Shown one piece after another: positions 6,676-11,640 of a DNA stretch of 11,640 nt (position 1 is its first letter; each line of letters opens with the position of its first letter). The notes under the pieces were generated by a model. It was not told where the DNA came from. It was given only the letters and a program-made list of their open reading frames with translations, and searched no databases. Position numbers and translations under genes: made by a program. The stretch comes from Candidatus Micrarchaeota archaeon (GTDB lineage: Archaea > Micrarchaeota > Micrarchaeia > Anstonellales > Anstonellaceae), in NCBI GenBank assembly GCA_043810635.1, contig JBDRNY010000052.1, positions 1 to 11,640 of the forward strand. The letters are read 5' to 3'.

Positions 6676-7656
6676 CTTTTTTAGCTCAACCATTCCATTT
6701 TCCACTGTAACTTCTTCAATGCTTTCCTTAAGTTTTTTATCCAAAGTGCCAATTATACTCTCCCCCCTCCCTTTCCTTGGGGTGATTCCGTTGCACAAAT
6801 GCAGGCATCTTATTATAGTTTTCAAATCCTCATACGGCATCCAGTCTTCCTGTTTTTCCTGGGTGCTTATAAGCAATTCAACCTCGCCGGAAAGCGGATT
6901 TTTCAAGCCCTCAATTTTTCTTAAATTATATTTTCTTGCCTGCCAGCGTGTAATGCGCATCTTTATGTCTGTATTTTCAATATCTTTTTTTCGGTTTACC
7001 TGGGTAAGGTAATAATTGGTTTTCCCAAATCCCATAACGTTGCCAAGAAACGACATTGTAGTGTCAATATGGTTTAGCAGAACCGAATCAACGCCCATCC
7101 TTTGCATTCTCTGGGCAATTTCAATATATTCAATATATGTAACTGCCAGATTATTTTTTTCTTCAGCCAGGCCGCATTTCTTAAATACTGTGTTTGGGTG
7201 CGCTGATCTGCCCACTAAAAAACCTGCAGCTTCTCCATCTTCATCTAAAGCAGATACGAAAAACGAGAAATAGCCAGTATCCCGCATCATCTCCCCTGTG
7301 GAATCTTTTAAGTATTCAACCATTTCTTTTGGGCTTTTTCTCAACTTTTCATCATCCTTAAATGCAGGCAAGTAAATATTTGCAAAATTTAGAACAAATG
7401 CCTTCTCATCTTCCCCCATCCCTGTGCATATCTGCTCAAGCCGCACACCATCAATATTCCCGGCTATGCAGCTATCCAGGATTTCTATTATTTTCTCAAG
7501 TTTTTGTTCAGTTTTTTGTGCAGGTTCAAACAAATACGCGTTTATAATCTGCTCTTTTTTTGATTCCAATGCCCTTTTTGTAAATAAACTTTTAGTGTTT
7601 CCTTTGACGCGTTCAGTAGTTTCTCCGTTTCGCCCAATAAGTAGTTTTTTTATCAT
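6667..7656 (-). CDS. Hypothetical protein, probable GNAT-like fold; paralog of 8371..9408
   Basis: 329-aa ORF with AGGTGG RBS-like sequence before the ATG. YIEYIEIAQRMQRMGVDSVLL resembles GNAT motif A. Shares blocks with 8371..9408. Confidence 0.7.
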   Translation of the reverse strand: MIKKLLIGRNGETTERVKGNTKSLFTKRALESKKEQIINAYLFEPAQKTEQKLEKIIEILDSCIAGNIDGVRLEQICTGMGEDEKAFVLNFANIYLPAFKDDEKLRKSPKEMVEYLKDSTGEMMRDTGYFSFFVSALDEDGEAAGFLVGRSAHPNTVFKKCGLAEEKNNLAVTYIEYIEIAQRMQRMGVDSVLLNHIDTTMSFLGNVMGFGKTNYYLTQVNRKKDIENTDIKMRITRWQARKYNLRKIEGLKNPLSGEVELLISTQEKQEDWMPYEDLKTIIRCLHLCNGITPRKGRGESIIGTLDKKLKESIEEVTVENGMVELKKLL

Positions 7657-7741
7657 ATTGCCACCTTTTTAACCAGCCTACACGCTACTCTTATATCTAC
7701 AACTTCTTATAAATATTGGCAAAAGAAGAAAGTTGCTGCCG

Positions 7742-7770
7742 CCCTCTGCCTCATTTTTCTTTCACATACA
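7742..7770 (-). pseudogene. Possible orphan copy of the RFC small subunit 3' end
   Basis: CCCTCTGCCTCATTTTTC-N3-CACATACA (7742-7770) versus CCCTCTTCCTCTTTTTTC-N5-CACATACA (9476-9506): 16/18 plus 8/8 identity. Reads YV..KNEAEG versus YVLGKKEEEG with a 2-nt gap. Short and low complexity. Confidence 0.5.
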
Positions 7771-7771
7771 C

Positions 7772-7806
7772 TAAGTTATTTAAAGTTATTTTAACTAATT
7801 TTAAGT
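7772..7806 (+). promoter_or_regulatory. 10-bp-period direct repeats upstream of the TA operon (putative operator)
   Basis: TAAGTTATTT AAAGTTATTT TAACTAATTT TAAGT, followed by GGTGA RBS-like sequence and ATG 7818. Confidence 0.55.
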
Positions 7807-7817
7807 GGTGAGACATT

Positions 7818-8072
7818 ATGGTAACACTAAACATTCATGTTGACGAATATACTAACCGGGTGCTTGGAGTGATAAAAGAGGCGTTCGGGCTTAAAGACAA
7901 AAGCGAGGCTTTGCAGAAATTTGTCCAGATGTATGGGGAAGACTTTTTGCAAAGACAAGTTTCTCAGGAGGTATTGAAAGAAGTAATATCCCTGAGCAAT
8001 GCGCATATGAAAAAATACGGCTTTAGAAAGATGGCAAATAAAGAGCTTGACAAACTCTGCGGAATCAAGTGA
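7818..8072 (+). CDS. Antitoxin, DUF2683-like (ribbon-helix-helix type)
   Basis: 84 aa; MVTLNIHVDEYTNRVLGVIKEAFGLKDKSEAL matches my recollection of archaeal DUF2683 proteins. Directly upstream of a RelE-like ORF. Confidence 0.75.
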   Translation: MVTLNIHVDEYTNRVLGVIKEAFGLKDKSEALQKFVQMYGEDFLQRQVSQEVLKEVISLSNAHMKKYGFRKMANKELDKLCGIK

Positions 8073-8076
8073 TGGG

Positions 8077-8355
8077 ATGTTTACAAACGACATGACGTCA
8101 GAATTGAAAAAGGTTATAGGCAAACTGTCCAAAAAAGATATTGTGAGGGTGCTTGCCCTCAATAAGAAAATCAAGGAAATCGCTTCTTGCAATGAAAAAA
8201 CAATTGAGCATTACAGAAATTCAAAATACGGGCTTTCGGATTACAAGCACGTGCATATTGCATCAAGCTTTGTGCTGTTCTTTCGCGTATTCAAAAAAGA
8301 GAAGCATATACTTTTCATCAAGCTGGAACACCATGACAAGGCATTCAGGAGATAA
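8077..8355 (+). CDS. RelE/ParE/YafQ-superfamily toxin
   Basis: ATG at 8077, 4 nt after the antitoxin stop, gives a basic 92-aa protein with HYRN..YGLSDYKHVHIASSFVLFFRV...ILFIKLEHHDKAF, typical of the RelE fold. Confidence 0.85.
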   Translation: MFTNDMTSELKKVIGKLSKKDIVRVLALNKKIKEIASCNEKTIEHYRNSKYGLSDYKHVHIASSFVLFFRVFKKEKHILFIKLEHHDKAFRR

Positions 8356-8370
8356 CTATTACGCTATTTT

Positions 8371-9408
8371 TTAGATAAGCTTTACCATGCTTTTTTCATC
8401 AGGCTTGACATTTGCAAGAGCATATTTCATATATGCATCAATTGCATTTTGCCCGGTGCCTTTTATTGTCATCTCAGGCTCCACTCCATAATACAAATAA
8501 AATGCCTCAATAATTGTTTTAAGCTCCTCAATGTTTACTGCATCCTGCCCCTTGTTTTTCGGGCGGATAAGAAGGTTTAAAGGAGGCTGCTTTTCAGGGG
8601 CAACAATTGTTTCAAAATCCTTGTAATAATCATGCACAATTTCCATGCTTTTAAGCTCTCCAATCTCTTTCCAGCCATCTTGTTTATATCTTTCCATCAG
8701 CCCGTTTTTCCATGGTTCTACCTGGACAATTTCATAATCCGGAAAAATCTTAAGCCCTTCAACATATTCCTTGGTTGTTTTCCTTAATATTTCCGCATTA
8801 TTTTCTCCAATGCTCTCTTTAGGAACTGCGAGATATGCATTGAATAGCACCGTTAGCCTTTCATATTCCCCTTTTGCTTCATCAGGGGAAATGCCATATT
8901 CTTTGAGTGCGCGGAAAATGGTGTTTGGTTTTATAATCGCCCTGCTTGCAATCCCCGCAGGCTCGCCTTTTGAGTCAACCATTGATATAAAAAATGAAAA
9001 ATATCCGTTTTTCCAAAGATTTTTCAGCTTCTCGATGAAAAGATAATCAAGCATGCTGCCCGGCTCTTCCCTGACTTCAGGCTCAAACGAAAGCCAGTAT
9101 GATTTATAGAAATTTTTTACAAATGCAACCACGTTTTTGGCCAGCCCGCTTCTTTTTGCCTTTTTTTCAATAAACTTCATGACAAATTCTTCAATCTGCC
9201 CGTCTGTCATATTCTGCCTTCTTTTTTCCCTGCTGTCAATTTTTATTGCCTCATTCAGCAGCTTTTTGATTATCTGTTTTTTTCTTGTTTGCAGTATATA
9301 GCACATGAAAGCTTTTTCACCAATATTTTCTGTAGATATCTCACGGTTGATGGCAGGCTTAGTATCCCCTCCAAAGCTTAGACCTTGGTTAAAATAAACA
9401 TTTTTCAT
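8371..9408 (-). CDS. Hypothetical protein, paralog of 6667..7656 (degenerate GNAT-like)
   Basis: 345-aa ORF with AGGTG RBS-like sequence. GYFSFFISMVDSKGEPAG..PNTIFR aligns with GYFSFFVSALDEDGEAAG..PNTVFK, and EELKTII with EDLKTII. Confidence 0.75.
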   Translation of the reverse strand: MKNVYFNQGLSFGGDTKPAINREISTENIGEKAFMCYILQTRKKQIIKKLLNEAIKIDSREKRRQNMTDGQIEEFVMKFIEKKAKRSGLAKNVVAFVKNFYKSYWLSFEPEVREEPGSMLDYLFIEKLKNLWKNGYFSFFISMVDSKGEPAGIASRAIIKPNTIFRALKEYGISPDEAKGEYERLTVLFNAYLAVPKESIGENNAEILRKTTKEYVEGLKIFPDYEIVQVEPWKNGLMERYKQDGWKEIGELKSMEIVHDYYKDFETIVAPEKQPPLNLLIRPKNKGQDAVNIEELKTIIEAFYLYYGVEPEMTIKGTGQNAIDAYMKYALANVKPDEKSMVKLI

Positions 9409-9465
9409 AATTGCACCTATAGTACATTATATACTGTGTATTTTAATGTTTATATATGTGTCTAT

Positions 9466-10452
9466 CTAAGCAGAACCCTCTTCCTCTTTTTTCCCCAACA
9501 CATACAATTGCGCAAGGCAAGCTTCCAATTGTATCACTTCATTCGCCCCCTCAACAACCCTGAAATTATACTCCCCAATTTTATCAATCAAATCAGCTTT
9601 AGCCCTTTCCTCAATTTTTACATTATCAATTTCCCTAAACATTTGTATCAAAACATCTTCCCCTGACAAGCCGTAATTAATCATCAATTCATGCAATTTC
9701 CCCCTCGCCTCCTTAAACTTTCCGTCAATTGCCAATTGCATCATTTCCAATATTTCCTTAGGCCTTGCCCTTGAAGCATATTTAAACACATTTTCTTCAG
9801 TAATTTTTTTGCTTCTCAATGCCGCCCCCTGCAAAGTATTTATCAGTTTCCTCATATCCCCTTCAGAAACATACTTCAATGCTTTTTCAGCTTTTTCATC
9901 GATTTTCAATTCCTCTTTTTTAGAAATTCTTTCCATCATTTCTTTCATTTCCTCTTCTGAAAGCATAGTAAACCTGAATACCGAGCATCTGGATTGAATA
10001 GGCTCGATTATTTTGGAAGAATAATTTGCGCCCAAAATAAACCTTGTTGCAGAAACATACATTTCCATAGTCCTGCGAAGTGCGGATTGCGCATCTGCAG
10101 TCAAAGAATCAGCTTCATCCAAAAATATCAATTTGAAAGGCACATTTGCAAGCGGAATTGACCTTGCAAAATCCTTTATTTTCCCCCTGACAACATCAAT
10201 GCCCCTCTCATCCGAGGCATTCATTTCACACAAACAATCCCCCCTCCTCTCTCCATATAATTCATTTGCCAATGCCAAAGTAGCAGTAGTTTTCCCGCAT
10301 CCGGGAGGGCCTGCAAACAATAAATGAGGCATATTTTTTGCTTTGGCAAAAGATTTCAAAGAGGAAACAATATCCTTTTGCCCGATAATATCCTCCAGTT
10401 TTTTCGGGCGGTATTTCTCAGTCCAGGGCGTAATATCAATTTTCTCTCCCAT
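9466..10452 (-). CDS. rfcS: Replication factor C small subunit (clamp loader)
   Basis: PWTEKYRP, Walker A GPPGCGKT, EMNASDERGIDVVR, Walker B LDEAD, SRC motif and GDMRK. No intein. ATG at 10452. Confidence 0.98.
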   Translation of the reverse strand: MGEKIDITPWTEKYRPKKLEDIIGQKDIVSSLKSFAKAKNMPHLLFAGPPGCGKTTATLALANELYGERRGDCLCEMNASDERGIDVVRGKIKDFARSIPLANVPFKLIFLDEADSLTADAQSALRRTMEMYVSATRFILGANYSSKIIEPIQSRCSVFRFTMLSEEEMKEMMERISKKEELKIDEKAEKALKYVSEGDMRKLINTLQGAALRSKKITEENVFKYASRARPKEILEMMQLAIDGKFKEARGKLHELMINYGLSGEDVLIQMFREIDNVKIEERAKADLIDKIGEYNFRVVEGANEVIQLEACLAQLYVLGKKEEEGSA

Positions 10453-10560
10453 CAAATCACAATTTAAATCAAGTATAAACTAATTTGCATAGATAATTTA
10501 AAAAACAAGGCATAGAAAAATGCATTTCTTTTAGCTTTTAAAGGCAAGCAACTTTCACTA

Positions 10561-11640
10561 CTATATACTCCTCTTCTGTTGAACTATCCTGCTTCCATTA
10601 TTTGCAGTGCCAGGTATGCGAACTTTGTCGGAATTTGGATTGCCTTCCAATTTCTCCTTAACCGGATTTTCAGAAAGCATTTCCAGGGTTTGCTTATGAA
10701 TAGGCCATTCTCCTTCATAAATGCGTGAGCGGGTAAGGCTTCCGAGGGCTTTTTTGCTTTCGCCTGTATGCCTGAATAAAATTGTTTCTATATTATCAGC
10801 CAATCTCTCGCCAGGAGATGCAGTTTCCTGCACCTCTGTTTCTTCTGAAGCTTCAACATAAGAAATAACTGGCACACCATTATTCTCAAAAATAAAGCCT
10901 ATGCTTTCTGTAAGTAATATGGAACGTAGGCTGTTCTCCTCGATGAAGTCCGCATATCCATGGATGTCACTATTTTCACTATAGCTAAGTTCATCACTTC
11001 TATAAGAATTATATATTCCCCTCACCCGCTCAACCAGTGTTTCATAATCCGGAGCACAAAGCGGAGAGCCCGATTTTTCATGTTTATCCTTGATTTTATC
11101 TATTAGGGAGAGTATAATTGCTTTAGCCATTATAAGTGAAATTATCCCTCCGCCTCTATTTATATCCTTTATACAATCCAGAATAGTTTTTGATTCAATG
11201 CTGATTTTTGGAGTCATATCTTTTGGCTCAGCATCAATTTCAATCCCTATTTTATCAAGAGCCTCAGCCATAGTTGTTGTGGGATACAAGCAAGGCTCTT
11301 CCCAATAAAACTCACTCAGTTGCCTTTGTTCGTACATCGAAAAATTTCCAGATTGGTGTTCATTCCAAATATCTGCCACTTTTTCAATCAAAGAGTCATA
11401 GCCTGAGATGCTAATCTCTTTATCTGCAATATATTTGAGAAAAGCTTCAAACATTCTCTTCTCAATCGGCACCTGTGTTTTCCTGCGGACATCCCCACAT
11501 GCTTTTTCAACAGTTTTTGATTTTAGAGATGAATCTAAATTCTTGCCTGCCTCCTGGAGAGGCAAGCATTTGTTATAAAGAAGGGAAAGAATCCTGACTG
11601 CTTCTGTATAAACCTGGTTTTGCGAGCGTTTTGGAGGCTC
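10561..11640 (-). CDS. Hypothetical protein with an internal duplication; 5' end outside the window
   Basis: The frame stays open upstream of the TTG at 11565 to the edge (EPPKRSQNQVYTEAVRILSLLYNKCLPLQ...). No recognisable family motif. Confidence 0.75.
   Translation of the reverse strand, partial: EPPKRSQNQVYTEAVRILSLLYNKCLPLQEAGKNLDSSLKSKTVEKACGDVRRKTQVPIEKRMFEAFLKYIADKEISISGYDSLIEKVADIWNEHQSGNFSMYEQRQLSEFYWEEPCLYPTTTMAEALDKIGIEIDAEPKDMTPKISIESKTILDCIKDINRGGGIISLIMAKAIILSLIDKIKDKHEKSGSPLCAPDYETLVERVRGIYNSYRSDELSYSENSDIHGYADFIEENSLRSILLTESIGFIFENNGVPVISYVEASEETEVQETASPGERLADNIETILFRHTGESKKALGSLTRSRIYEGEWPIHKQTLEMLSENPVKEKLEGNPNSDKVRIPGTANNGSRIVQQKRSI

Noticed and set aside
8047..8076. TTG start for the toxin at 8047
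   Set aside because: It overlaps the antitoxin. ATG 8077 just after the antitoxin stop gives a typical RelE length.
5485..9465. Provirus or autonomous integrative element between pelota and rfcS
   Set aside because: No integrase, transposase, replication or virion gene is recognisable, so only cargo and junction scars can be supported.
9466..10452. Intein in the RFC small subunit
   Set aside because: Length (328 aa) and contiguous Walker A and sensor motifs leave no room for an insertion.

Overview
Archaeal chromosomal segment, probably DPANN and possibly Micrarchaeota (inferred from gene content and style only). Core genes are ftsZ (FtsZ2-like), ABCE1/RLI, pelota and RFC small subunit. Accessory genes are two Fic-family genes (one cut by the left edge), a secreted 10-repeat Cys-rich protein, a DUF2683-like/RelE-like toxin-antitoxin pair, two diverged paralogous GNAT-like proteins and an unknown protein running off the right edge. 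The main unexplained pattern is that three core genes (ABCE1, pelota and, less securely, RFC) each have a short, diverged orphan copy of their own last ~30-60 nt stranded downstream, on the far side of inserted DNA. This suggests repeated acquisition of cargo by replacement of core-gene 3' ends, with no integrase or transposase visible. Both Fic genes carry related inverted-repeat boxes around their TATA elements. Two single-base homopolymer frameshifts (ABCE1 N-terminus, Cys-rich protein membrane anchor) may be assembly errors.
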